Program-made: the position numbers and the translations under genes
In this document: positions 1 through 12,528 of the stretch, piece by piece
Layout of the letters: every line of letters starts with the position of its first letter
Numbering within the stretch: the stretch's first letter is position 1
Notes under the pieces: generated by a model
What the model was told of the DNA's origin: nothing
Databases searched by the model: none
The model's input: the letters and a program-made list of their open reading frames with translations, nothing else
Source: Schmidtea nova
Taxonomy: Eukaryota
DNA: 64,000 nucleotides
NCBI GenBank assembly: GCA_044892505.1
Contig: CM097883.1
Coordinates: 419,492,001-419,556,000, forward strand
Direction of reading: 5' to 3'

Positions 1-385
1 CTGTTGGAAAATGGTCCAAAGAATATGCCAATGGGTTTAAAGAATTCAAGGCAAGTGCAACAATCACACTGGAATTGTGGACTCGAGGCTCTCACTTTCA
101 GACATTAACATGGTGAAATCCATGGAATGGAACTCATTCCAACAATTCAAGGAAATAGCTTTCAGTGTCTATTTTGTAACTTTGCCAAAAGAAAAGTCTG
201 AGTGGGAAAAAGGAACCTGCAATCGCCCTTCTTTTTTCAAGAAGTACATGTGTAAACATGTTGTTGGATTGGCAATCAGGTCAAAATTTTGCACGCCACC
301 AGTTGAAGCAAAAAATATCCCCATTGGTCAAAAAAGAAAGCGTGCAAGACCATTACAAGCAAAGAAAGCCTTATTAATTCAATAA
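1..385 (+). mobile_element. C-terminal end of a MULE/Mutator-type transposase with SWIM zinc finger (truncated by window edge, probably decayed)
   Basis: ORF 77..385 contains GTCNRPSFFKKYMCKHVVG, a SWIM CxCx(n)CxH motif with the 2nd Cys changed to Arg, followed by a basic tail (IGQKRKRARP) typical of MULE-SWIM proteins. Confidence 0.6.
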
Positions 386-1076
386 AATTATATTTATTAC
401 TCCTTAAAATATAATTTTTACTTTATTTTTTGTTAATAAAATTCTTCTCAAAATTCCTATTTTATACTCGTCATATTAGAATAATTTACTGGTCATTTTA
501 ATAATTTTACTTTGCAAAACTAATTAATTTGCTGATCCAACATTACTGGTATTTTAATAAAAATTTACTGATCATTTAATATTGTCTCTTAAGTTTTCCG
601 TCGCATTTTTTTTCTTTTTTGAAGTAACATCTGCTAATATTTTGTCTTCTGATTAATGGTTTCGTACCACGTGCCAAATTCTATTCACAGCTAAACGAAT
701 TACTCCAAAATTCATTGCAACTAATTATTCTCTATTTTTAGCTGCAACAGCTGTGATTTTCTATGCAATTTAACACCATTTCATTAAAAATTTTCCATTT
801 CCTTAACTTAGTGGGTGTTGTTTTATTTTCTATAAAATTCAATAGTTTATTTGTTTAGTATTTTCCAAAAGACTAGATCAATATTTTTTAACTTTTTAAA
901 AATGATGAAAATTTCTGAAAGAAACGAAAAGAAAAATGGTGAAAATAAGAGATGTTAATTTTTCTTTTTGGAAAACTAATACTTAATTAAACATAAATTC
1001 TGGTTTGTGTGATTCACAATTTATCAGACAATTGTGAAAATAAGAGATAATTCGAATCACAGAATAATTTTTTTTT

Positions 1077-2218
1077 CATAACTGTCTTCGGTTTTGGTAA
1101 TAACTTGAACTTTATCAGAACCAAACAGGCCGCATAGAAACCGACACCAAATTGTCCAAATTGACCAATCATAGAAATATCGGCTCAAGCATAGTCAAAA
1201 GCTTCTATGAAAATTTTGGTTCTAAATCTTGTAATAGTGCCAAGATTGTTAATGAGTTCAGCTTTGGCCATACCGATACCAGTAGGGCTGTAACGAGGGT
1301 GGTGCGAGCGGTGGAGTTGCACAGGGCGCGCATCTGAAAAGGAGGCAAAATTGGGATGAAACATTTTTTTAATGTTACCAAAAATAATAAATAAAAAAAT
1401 TATCAAATGGCATGCACGAAAAAACGAACACCCATATCTTTAACATTACTGGTTGGACTGGTCCATTAGCGTGCCTTCGTAGGTGTGTATTTTGTAGAAT
1501 CGCCACCAAGACATTATTATCATAGTATGAAAATATTCTATAGTGGTGCCAGTGAAGAAGTTTTTTGATACTCACGTAGATGGCAAATAAGCTATGTTTG
1601 GTCGGTGAAAAACAATAAACGTCATACTTTTTTCTATCATTATAATTAATTTCAAATGGTGCCATCTAATAAGCCTCGTTGACTACGTAAAATTATATAA
1701 TATTATTTATAAAGACTTACTAATTCATTACTATACTAGCTAGCTGATGATGAAAAAAATAAAAGTTTCATTTTGTACAATATTAGTCCACAAAATGTGT
1801 TCCTGTCATTTTTTCAATTAGCAACAGAATTTTAAGAGCATTACTACCAATTATAATAGCTGGAGATGAATATATAGTTAACAATCTTAACATGAACATT
1901 ATAATTATTATAATAGGCTTTTTTGAATTCGCGTGTTTGGGGCGCCAGATATATTAACCACACAGGGCGCAATAATTCTTTGTTACCAGTATTGGCATCT
2001 TTAACCGGTACTACTTTGACCATTAAGTCCTTTTGGCTGTCCAAAACTGATGGGTCAGCTAGACATTTGTTACAAACTTTGTCAAGAGCATCGCTGGCAT
2101 TTGAAATAAATTCTTTAAGGAAGATTTCCTAGTTTGAATAAAAAGTCTTGATCAAGCTTATGAACTGAGAGATCTAAGCTTGAAAAGAAAATGTTTCAAT
2201 TTCTGAAATGTTTGACAT
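1077..2218 (-). pseudogene. HSP90: Hsp90 N-terminal ATPase domain pseudogene fragment, interrupted by an insertion at ~1283-1986
   Basis: Minus strand from ATG 2218 reads MSNISEIETFSFQA*ISQF...[40 protein letters not shown]...KDANT. After the insertion it reads TGIGMAKAELINNLGTI...ADISMIGQFGQFGVGFYAA. These are hallmark Hsp90 motifs, with stops and frameshifts. Confidence 0.93.
1283..1986. mobile_element. Non-autonomous hAT-like insertion in the Hsp90 pseudogene
   Basis: It splits contiguous Hsp90 sequence. It has a GC-rich start TAGGGCTGTAACGAG, a partial inverted end CTTTGTTAC and the subterminal motif CACAGGGCGC near both ends. TACCAGTA occurs at both junctions (1277-1284, 1984-1991). Confidence 0.6.
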
Positions 2219-2247
2219 TTTATCTGTTTTTTCTGAAATTCTACTTT

Positions 2248-2522
2248 TGTGATATAATTAATGAATTGATTATATTCATTAGTTATATTTTATAAACTTT
2301 AAAAACATGAATTAATTAAGAAAGTAAAATTTGTATTTTTAATTTATGTTATGAAGTTTGTTTAAATATTAAGAGTTGGCATAATTATTGAATAAAGTGT
2401 TGAAAGTATTATTGTGGTCTTATTTTATTATTATTTTATCTAATCATTGGTATCACATAAAGGTATTATTATTATATTTTTAATCAGTTATAGATTTCAG
2501 ATATAACCATAAAAATATAACA
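2248..2522 (+). repeat. 5' LTR of Gypsy element
   Basis: TGTGA...AACA termini; direct repeat of 8536-8810. Confidence 0.95.
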
Positions 2523-2537
2523 TGGCGTCACAAACTG
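2523..2537 (+). other. Primer binding site, probably tRNA-Ser(CGA) type
   Basis: TGGCGTCACAAACTG lies immediately after the LTR. It has 2 mismatches to TGGCGTCACGAACAG, the recalled complement of the 3' end of an animal tRNA-Ser(CGA). Confidence 0.65.
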
Positions 2538-2548
2538 AAAAATAATAC

Positions 2549-3690
2549 TTGCAGGAATACTTATTTAAAGATAAGTTATCAAAATTGATTATATTCAAGA
2601 AGCGAGGAACTAGCGTTAAAATTGAAGATCATTTAATTCTCGTCAAAAATTTTATTGATCAGTTTGCCAAACACAACTTGGTAATGGAAGAAGAGAAAAT
2701 TAAAGTATTTTTTAAATACTTTGACGAAGAAATAGTATAAGAGATTGACTGCTTAGGAGACATTAGTACAGCCAGAACCAGACTGGTACGAAGAAAAGAT
2801 TCTCAAAATCGTAGATGTTAAAAGGTCAAAGACCTCAATAATTATAGATATCCTCGACGACACCAGGCAGGAAAGAGATGAGACTGTGGTAGATTTTACA
2901 AAAAGAGTAAGAATGCGATGCCTAAGTTACGAATGAGAAAAAGTAAAAATGATGATACATGCCTTTATAGAAGGTGTGAGAAACCAAACTCTCTCGGTAG
3001 CCTTGAAGATCAGAGAGTAAAAAACGTTGAAAGAAGCTATAGAAGAGATAAAAATGGAGCATGTGTGGGTAAAAGAAAAGGAAGACGAGTATAATCAAGT
3101 TAGGAAACTGACCGGAAAACAACGGACGAAGGGACAATAAATTTCTTAAAAAGAGAAATTGACATGTTGAACAAGATTATTGAAAAATTGAGGAAGGAAC
3201 AATTGAGAAAACCGAATAAAAATCAGAGATAAGTAAGAGAAGACATTTCTTCCTATCAGCAAAAGGTTACATGTTTTATATGTAACAAGGAAGGGCATAT
3301 AGCGAGATTTTGCCTTAAAAAGATGACAGTGGAAACATTGATACAAGGACGTGCTATAAGTGTGGAAAAAAGAGACATATAGCATTGAATTGCAGAATAA
3401 GTACAAATAGGATGAATGCGATTAAATGTTACAAATTCGGTGGTGGACATTTGGCTAGATATTGTGACAAGAGGAATAAATTCAGATATTTCCAAGAAGA
3501 AGATGGAGAGGAAGAGGAAGGTTCAGTGAGAGGATCAAAGACCGATTCTGAAGGTGACAAACATTTAAATACTATAACAGAAGTAAGGTCTGCTAAAGGG
3601 ACGAAGAGACCAAATGAAAATTTAGAAGAAAAATATGCAAATTATATAAACGGTCAAGAGGAAAAACCAAAAAAACAGTTAAAAAATACC
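2549..3690 (+). pseudogene. gag (frameshifted) with several CCHC zinc knuckles
   Basis: CFICNKEGHIARFC, CYKCGK..HIALNC and CYKFGGGHLARYC occur in broken frames. Confidence 0.85.
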
Positions 3691-3744
3691 AGTCTACAGT
3701 TATCTCTAGTAGCAGACCGGAAAAAGCGCGGAATAAACCTGTGA

Positions 3745-4162
3745 TGGGGGTTTTATTTTGTCCGGCGGGTATGTCGGAGTTTGTGGGAAAAGTTGGAAAT
3801 TGCTCATAATAGCGATATAGATTATGAACAACTGATAATCAAGTCTGTAGATGAATTGGATACTTTAATCAATACTGATTGCAACGAAAAGCCTTCTCAA
3901 TGTTCACACTGTGAAGCAGTTTTAAATAACTCATTTGAACTTTTAACTCATTCATATACTCAGGCTGAATATAGTAAAGAAAATGAATTGTTTCAAATTT
4001 GCCCCAACTGTAGTAGATTATTTTTCAAAAAGAAAAAACAGTAAAAGCTATTTCAAAGATCATTATAATTCTGAACATCTTAAAAAGTCACCTCCTCAAT
4101 GTGATGCGGAATGGATGGAAAACTGCTCTGACTTTTCGCAAGAGGATTCACAGAATTTTTAG
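3745..4162 (+). pseudogene. 3' fragment of a host-type C2H2 zinc-finger gene inside the Gypsy element
   Basis: QCSHCEAVLNNSFELLTHSYT is followed by CPNCSRLFF.., which continues after a frameshift as SKSYFKDHYNSEH. A stop and AATAAA follow. Confidence 0.55.
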
Positions 4163-4525
4163 TCTCCAATTAATAAATAAAAACATTAATTGAAATTTAT
4201 CTTTATGTTGTGCCTTGACATTAATTTTCGATATTTTATCATTCTACAAATTTTGTATTGAAGCAGATTATATGTAATTTTGATTTAGGAAATATGTTTA
4301 AATGTCGCTATTAAATAACTCTGTACAAATTTTTTATTATTATTGGTTGATAAAAAAAGTTTACTTTATAAAAGTATTTATGATATTTTTTTATATATTT
4401 TTCGAGGTTGTTTAAATAATCAGAGATTTTGGTAAATTATCTTTTGGATTTGAAAATATTATTTTGTAATTGTGCTCTGTTTTTAATATATATTGTGAAG
4501 TTGCAATTTACAATTATTATCGATA

Positions 4526-4747
4526 ATGAATGAATTTGCTGAATATTTGAATTATAATGGTGGCGTATCTGTTGGTCATTATCAAAATATTCTCAATTAT
4601 TTACAAGAGCCAAGAAATTACGAGACAAAACTTTGCTTTTTGAATATTCTTAAGATCACGAACAGGAACATAATTAAAAAAATGGAAGCTTGTGGTTTGA
4701 CTGACATTTTATCGAGATGGTTTCAAAACTCCTTTATTAGAAAATGA
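4526..4747 (+). pseudogene. 5' fragment resembling the PNUTS/PPP1R10 N-terminal TFIIS-like domain, inside the Gypsy element
   Basis: LNYNGGV...YLQEPR...FLNILKIT...GLTDILSRWF aligns by eye with the recalled PNUTS LNRDGEV...LMKEAR...YLNILLQT...GGYKLLNNWL. Confidence 0.55.
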
Positions 4748-4844
4748 TTTAAATTTTATTCAATCGTTATTGAAAGTCTTCGTTTTCACTCCATCAATGT
4801 TTGTGTTATCTAATAATCAAATCAATTCGTGGTATAAAACCACC

Positions 4845-7800
4845 AAAAAACCAATAACTGAATGTTACATTGAACATCAGATGGTTAAAGTTATGTTTGA
4901 TACGGGTGCAGATTTAAATGTTATTAGCCAGGAGTTGACAGATAAACTAATAAACGTAAATCCAACCATAAAGGTGTATAATTCAAAAACAATAGTTACA
5001 TGTGCTAATGGAAGCTCAGTCGAATGTGCAAATAAAACCCAGCTAAACATAGCAATAGGACCGATTGTGACAAGTCATGTATTTGACATTATGCCAAATA
5101 TATTCCCACGTGTTTATATGAAGAAGTATAGAATTATCATTAATGCACCAGAAGACTACATAGAGATCCAAGGAATTAGGTTGCCATTCTTGAAAAAAAC
5201 TATTCCAGTGGCTTCTTTAAACGATTCCCAACTGGATTAGAGAGTCGTAATACGGTTGAAAGGAGAGACGAGATTTGGGGAGACGGTTATCAGGATTATT
5301 ATAGAGTTATTGTATCAAGTTACGTACAGGTGGAAACAGTCGGAGAGTATTTTATCAGAGGAATGGCAATAGATAAGCAGAACAAGAGATTAAAGGATCT
5401 TAATCAAAGATGTGTCTTTAATGGTGAATGAGTCAAAATGGCAGAGAGAGAAATTTTGATAAGTTATTACGTGCTTAAAGTTGATGAAGGATATGTATTA
5501 GTAAACATCGATATGATTGAAGGTGGTATTAAAAAGTTTCATGCAGGAACAACTTTAGGTTATATAGAAAGATTTTACGATAAAACAGCAGAAAAGGCTA
5601 CTATTAGAAGTATGTCATCATTAGAACAACGAAGAGAAACCACGGCAGTCGATAAAATATTACGAAGTATAGAAGATTCTTTAGATCGTTCTATTAAATA
5701 GAGCGAAAGAAAGGAGTTAATGAAAACAAGAAGAAAATAAGGATGTTTTTAGTAAATATAAAATGAATATTGGGAAAAGTACATCAGTACATCATGAAAC
5801 TGACACTGGAAACGCTCGGCCAATTGCTTTTAAACCGAGGAAGGTACCATTAGGTCTGGAGGAAGAGGTTGGCCACATGGTGAGACCAATCAAGTCAGCA
5901 TGGAATTTTTCGATTGTGGTTGTAAGGAAAAAGAATGGTGATATTAGAATGTGTGTCGATTATAGGGCACTGAACGCAAAGACGGCAAGACCAATCTTTC
6001 CAATACCAACTGCGGAAGATCTTTTTGATACACTTGGAGGAGCAAAGTTTTTCTCTACATTATATCTATCAAGTGGTTACTACCAAGTACCAATACAAGA
6101 AGGTGACATGGAGAAGACAGCTTTTAGCACAAAATATGGACAATTCGAATTTACAAGAATGCCATTTGGATTGATTTCCGCGCCAGCCACTTTTCAGAAG
6201 CTTATGAACATGGTCTTGAGAAATGAAAATTGGATTAAGTGTGTCGTATATTTGGATGATGTTCTTATATTTGGGAGAACCATCAAAGAACATAATCAAA
6301 GATTGAACGTCGAATTAAAGAGTCAGGACTGAAATTATCACCAGCTAAGTGTTCATTTTTAAAAACAGAAGTTAATTATTTAGGACATGTCATCAATGAG
6401 AATGGGGAAAAACTGATCCAGACAAAATTGAGATTATACGATCATGGACAACATGCAAAAAAGAATTGCAGACCTTCTTAAGATTTTGCAATTATTACCG
6501 TAGATTTATAAAAAATTATGCAACGACATCAAAAAAATTGAGTTCAAGTGAAAATAATTTTGTGTGGAATGATGATATAAAAGGAGCATTTTACGAACTT
6601 AAAAGCATACTGTCAACGCCACCGGTGTTAGCCTTGCCAAATAAGGAAGGGAATATATACTGGACCCGGACGCTTCGCACAATAGTATGGGAGCCGTTTT
6701 GTCACAGAGACAAAATGGAGAATAAAGAGTTTTGTGTAATACATCAAAAACCATGAGTAAGAGTCAGAGAAAATATTGTATAACAAGAAAAGAACTATTG
6801 GCAATATATACGTTTGTGCTGAAATTTAAACATTATTTGATGGGATCAAAGTTTTTAGTGAGAACGGACCACCAATCGCTGAAACGGTTATTGAAATGGG
6901 ATAATCAAAACACATCACAATATTGTGTTTGGAGAGCCGAACTAGAAGTCTACGACATGGTTGTCGGATATAGAAAGGGCGAAGAACACATAAACGCTGA
7001 TGTGATGTCCAGGTTACCTCCATGTGAACAATGCTAACTTAAGCATAAAGAACCGATGAAGCGTCGAAACGTAAAAGTATACGATGAATTAATAGATGTA
7101 AAAATGACATAAAACGACGATCTAGAATCAGAAAGGGTTTGTGCGTACTGAAAGTACATGGACATGATTGAGAACAAGACGATGATGTCGACATACAAAC
7201 CATAATTAAAACGATGAAACGTTCAGATTCTGAAAATGACAGAAACTTAGAAGAGATAAGAAGAGGTAGCAGAGAATTACAAACAATAATGGCACACTGA
7301 TAAGGGGCGATCTACTTTATATCCAGGAGGAAAACGAATACAGATTGATACTCCCGAAATTAAACAGGAAGGAAATAATAATACAATTCCACAGTTTTCT
7401 AGGACATCTCGGAATCGAAAAAACCTATCGAATAATAAAGAATGAATATTATTGACCCAATATGGAGTTTGATATATCAGAAGTAATAGGAAAATGTCAA
7501 GAATGCGCACATAACAAAAACAGAAACGGTAGAATAAGGGCACCATTTCAAAGCATAATTGGAGAAAAACCTTTTCAGATAATAGTAATCGACATAACAG
7601 GACCGTTCAAGACAATACAGAAAGGATTTAGGTATATACTGGGTATAATCGATTACTTTTCGAAATATATGTTTAATATCAATGAGAAATATCGAGACAG
7701 AGAATATTGCAGAAGCGGTGTGGTCGCAGTGGATTTCAAAGTTTGGAACACCAGAACAAATACACTCAGACTCTGGAAGTATTTTCCAATCAAGATTGTT

Positions 7801-8356
7801 TTCCGAATACTGTAAAATATTAGGAATTAGGAAGACTTTTACCTCACCATACTACTCACAGAGTGATGGGCTGGTAGAGCGACTATTTGGAACTGCAAAA
7901 AGTGTGATTGCAGCGGTGTTAGAAGAGAAGAAGAGCAAAGACTGGAGTGTAGTATTACCGGTAATAGAGTTCGGATTAAGAACTACAATACAAAAATCAA
8001 CGAATTATTCACCATATGAAATAGTATTTGGAAACCAAGCAAGATTACCCATATCAGCAATAAAGGTTAATACAAGACATTTTCAAGACTATGACGATTA
8101 CGTCCAACAGCTGCAACTAAATTTATCAGATATGCAGAAGAAAGTAAGAGAAAATATGGATAGACAAAGAGAGTGTATCGCCGTAAGATATAATCAGAAT
8201 CGATGGCACAAAGACTTGATAGTAGGAGATAAGATAATAATAAAGAATGAAAACAGAAGGGGTTTCGAGAAGAAGTATATAGGGCCATTCATAATAGAAG
8301 AAATAATGGATAAATGGACCTATGAATTATTTAGTGACAAAGTTAAAAAAGAATAA
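4845..8356 (+). pseudogene. pol (protease, RT, RNase H, integrase), multiply frameshifted
   Basis: MFDTGADLNVIS; RMCVDYRALN, MPFGL, YLDDVLIF; YCITRKELLA, RTDHQSL; IHSDSG, QSDGLVER, YSPYEIVFG, KYIGPF. Confidence 0.95.
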
Positions 8357-8535
8357 AAAGAAATTATAATCAAATAAAAGTAGTAAATGACGAGGGAGAT
8401 TCCTGTAGAGTAAAGCCAACCAACACTAGTATTTGGTCAAGGGAACCGCAGACCAATTAAACCGATGAGAAGGTACCCATTACGGACGACGAGAAATCAG
8501 AAACATAAGTACCGTTCGGTTGCCAGCGAGAGGGA

Positions 8536-8810
8536 TGTGATATAATTAATGAATTGATTATATTCATTCGTTATATTTTATAAACTTTAAAAACATGAAT
8601 TAATTAAGAAAGTAAAGTTTGTATTTTTAATTCATGTTATGAAGTTTGTTTAAATATTAAGAGTTGGCATAATTATTGAATAAAGTTTTGAAAATATTAT
8701 TGTGGTCTTATTTTATTATTATTTTATCTAATCATTGGTATCCCATAAAGGTATTATTATTATATTTTTAATCAGTTATAGATTTCAGATATAACCATAA
8801 AAATATAAAA
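8536..8810 (+). repeat. 3' LTR of Gypsy element
   Basis: Follows the PPT; terminal CA mutated to AA; followed by TSD ACTTT. Confidence 0.95.
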
Positions 8811-9623
8811 ACTTTTTTCTTGTTTATTTAAACAAGGGTTATTTAATTTAATTTTTTATTTTAACATAATGCTAGTACATATTATTAGTAATAAAAGTTT
8901 ACTTTATTATAGATATAATTATACCTGAATTATATGACCAACACAGTAATCAATTTGATTAATTATTTAATCTTCAATTTATTTTAAAAATATATCATAT
9001 TTTCGGACAGAGTGAGAAGATAAATTTATTTCTACTTTCATTAAAATTATTCTTTAATTATTATTACTGTTACATATGTTTTCAAAACTCGAAGTAATGA
9101 AAAAAATAACTCTAGTTAAGATTGTTGCCACCTTTTCGAAATGATTCACTCGGACAAAAATTAAAAGATTAAAGTTTAGTTACATTCTATTGTAGTTATA
9201 ATTTATAATATGTAGCTTTTAAATTGATTGTATTATACAAAATCATTTTCGACAAGTTCCTTAAGAAAAATTAGACTGGCAGAAAAAATAAAATTCGAAA
9301 AAGGAACGGTCAGAACATTCTTTTGAAGTAATGATTGAGAATTCGACTAGTTCATTTTCATTAACTATCATTAACGATTGGTGTTTTGACTGTGTTATAT
9401 ACGAAACAAACATTGTTATTTGTTGGGTTCAAGTTGTTTGATCAAAGCGACATGTGGAGTCAGCCAATTAAATCCTACCTATATCATTTGAAAAAATAAC
9501 ATTTTAATTAATATTTGTACTTTAAATATATTGATGTTTTTAACGATGTCTTCCTCATTTTTTATTAACCCCAACACAAGTTATAATTATATTCGTGTCG
9601 AGTACAGGCGGTCATCTTATTTG

Positions 9624-10832
9624 TGTTGGGTCATTGGGTTATTGGTGAATTATAAAATTATCAATTAATTACCTGACTCCAAGCGTGTTTTTATTGGTCA
9701 ACGAAATAACAATTTTCAAACGAAATAAATCTTTATTGATTATTATAGATTGTTATACATATTACAAGGTTACTACTAATTCAGTATCACCACCAGTTGT
9801 CTAGATAGTGCTTATAATGATACTACGTGTAGAATAGCACTACCGTATACTAGCGTATATAAGCCGCGGCCTATGCAATTTTCTACTCACTCCAGACCCT
9901 CCATGCTGGATTTTATTTTGGAATTTATTTTTATAATTTCTTCGTTTGTGAATCTTGTAAAAAAATTGTAAACGCCGCGGACGAGTATTAGCCGCATGGA
10001 GGGTCTAGTGAGTAGAAAATTGTATAGGCCGCGGCTTATATACGCTAATATACGGTAATTTGTACAACATCTTGAATTAACTTTCACTAACTGCTGCCTC
10101 TGACTCAGTAATTGACAAATTGATCTGGTTGTTTTCGTACTTTGACTTGGGTGATTTACTCATAAAACTGCTCCTTTCTAATTCGAATAATTCTTGCTTT
10201 GCTGCGTCTTATTTAAATTTTCTTTAATTTTCCTTTGATTCCACGTTTTCTAATAATTCACTTTTATTTTAAACTCAAAAAGTCCCTTTATCAATTTTCT
10301 CCTCCACTATTCCTATTCTGTAAATTCGTATCCATTAATTTTCTCCAATTTATGTAATCTCTCTAATTTCTCTCTAATATAATCTCTAATTCATCTGCTG
10401 TGGTTTCTACCTTTTATAGTTTGCCCTTCTCCGGAACTTAAGATTATTTTTGTTTCTTGCTTACAGGACATTTAATTTTTCCTTATGGTTCCCATATTAT
10501 CTCTAAAAGCTGTCGAGATATATAATTTTGTGATTATTTCCATTTTTATCCTTCTTCCGTTACTATTTCGTTATTTCTGAAAAGCAGTCGACATATGAAT
10601 TTTCCTCTTTTTTATTGTCAAATTTGGAATTCCTTTTTCCACTTAATAATGACTTTCTTTTACTTTATTGTTTGATTACCTTAATTTTTGGTAATATCTT
10701 CTCGTTTCTTAATTTCCTGTTCTCATTCATTGTTCTCAGAATTCCAAAGCAGCACATCATTTATTCTATCCAATTTCCCCAATAATTTTTATTCATTAGA
10801 AATTATTTAATTTTATTTAGGTATCCTTAACA
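9624..10832 (-). mobile_element. Solo LTR (family also at 25143-26516 inverted and 27302-27378)
   Basis: TGTTGGG...TTAACA termini with near-TSD TTTG/CTTG. Extensive reverse-complement similarity to ~25980-26510 (e.g. ATTACCTGACTCCAAGCGTGTTTT; AATAAATCTTTATTGATTAT). Confidence 0.7.
9843..10055. mobile_element. Tc1/pogo-type MITE inserted in the solo LTR
   Basis: ~60-bp TIRs CCGTATACTAGCGTATATAAGCCGCGGCCTAT... with TA TSD. The empty site AATAGCAC-TA-ATTTGTA is visible in the sister LTR at ~26295-26311 (reverse strand). Confidence 0.92.
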
Positions 10833-11619
10833 CTTGTAAAACAGTGGTTCTTCCGGGATGCAAGAAAAGGTCAAATGTAATATAGTATTTTAAATCTAAG
10901 TTTTGATGTTTAAGAATTAACCTCTTCTAAGTCGTAGAGTAGCTTATTACAAAGGCATAGATAAGAGATCCGTTTTAATTCAGACTGGAAGATATTGATG
11001 ATAATGACAATTTTAATCTAGCTTTTTAAATAATGTTTTTAAATAAGAAAAAATTCATAATATTTATTTACATGTTATTTTATGTTGGACGGCGAAAACC
11101 TTTGTTCGATTTTAAAGTGTTATTGTATATGTGTATATATAATTAATAAAAAAGAAATAATAATAATATAATAATATATAACACCACCATCTGTCAATCC
11201 ATTGTTTCCCAAATCATAGTGTTAATCATCATTATATAAAATTTGATAAATTTTCAATAAAATACATAATGCATGGAATTATTGTATTTTGTTTTTGTAA
11301 CGTATTGAAAAGGTAGTATAGAACGTTATTTATTCAATATGCGTTATATTAAAGAGAAAACTTTCTTATGTATCTAATATTTGGTAAATTCAAAATAATG
11401 CGACCGTCATTTGACAGACTTACTTCTTAACTAGTATTATGTAACAAGCATAAATAAAAATCTAATAAATAAAATAACGTTTAATAATCAAATTAAAGTA
11501 TTGATATCATCCATTACAATGAAGAAAGTTGAATATGAATTTCAAACGAAAAATTAAAAAAGATTACAAAATGAAATCAATAATACATTCCTTTAAAAAT
11601 TATAAAATTAATTTATAAC

Positions 11620-12528
11620 CTCTAATATGTCCTTTCTGAATTTAGCGATAGGTAGCTTGCAAGTTCTTTCATCGAAATTCAAACAATTCATTCCAAGAAT
11701 TGTACAAAAATATTCAAAAGCCAAAAATATAAAATATTCAATAACCTACTTTCCTATCACTATGGTAAAAGTTTTCATGCAAAAATGATCAAACTAAATA
11801 AAATCATCGATATCATAATGCAATTCAATTTATACTGAATAAATGACAAAATATTCAATTATAGATTTTAGTAATTAAATTATAGAATTTATGTTTTAGT
11901 CTTTAAATTAAAAACAAATTAGTTCTATATGGAAAAATTTTAGAAAATTGAATATATTATAAAATTATATTAGTGAACTAAATATAATTAACCGTTAATA
12001 TGTCATCTTTGAATTAACCGATAGGTAGTTCTTCTAGAATCAAATATTAATAAATATTGACATGATGCAAAAAGTATAAAATCAATACTTGATTGTCAAA
12101 GACAGCGGTTACTCAATAACCTAGTTTCATAAAATTCAAAAATTATGTTTGTAAATATCTGTTTAATGATTAGTCGTTATAAATGTCGGTCATTAGTTTG
12201 TCTATTTTATTCAACTGTTACTTAATTACTTAAATTTTGTAAGTAAATTATAATATTAAAATTTGACATTGAATTGAAAGCTAAAATTTCTAAAATTTTT
12301 AAAAATTTAATTTTTGCATACTAAATCAAACTTATTAAATTTCTGATTGATAATTTAACATTTTTACGTATAATTTTCAAACCACCATTTCCCAGCGTAG
12401 GTGATATTGATCTCTGGGGGACACTGGGACGATATCGCGTCTGTATACAATTTATGACACCGAATAAGATCAAGGTGATGGTATAAACATAAAGAAAAGA
12501 AAAATAATTTGAATAAATGTCTATACAT
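11620..12528 (-). other. Possible exons of an unknown spliced (perhaps secreted) gene or pseudogene, with a tandemly duplicated exon
   Basis: Signal-peptide-like MYRHLFKLFFFSLCLY at ~12528. An open AG..GT-bounded 126-nt exon at 11745-11620 (VIEYFIFLAFEYFC...KDILE) has a stop-containing paralogous copy at 12120-11993. Confidence 0.3.

Larger units (their letters stand above)
2248..8810 (+). mobile_element. Full-length decayed Ty3/Gypsy LTR retrotransposon
   Basis: LTRs at 2248-2522 and 8536-8810 (275 bp each, about 7 mismatches by eye) with 5-bp TSD ACTTT (2243-2247 / 8811-8815). PBS at 2523 and PPT AGCGAGAGGGA at 8525-8535. Domain order is gag CCHC - protease (FDTGA) - RT (YLDD) - RNase H - integrase. 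Confidence 0.97.
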
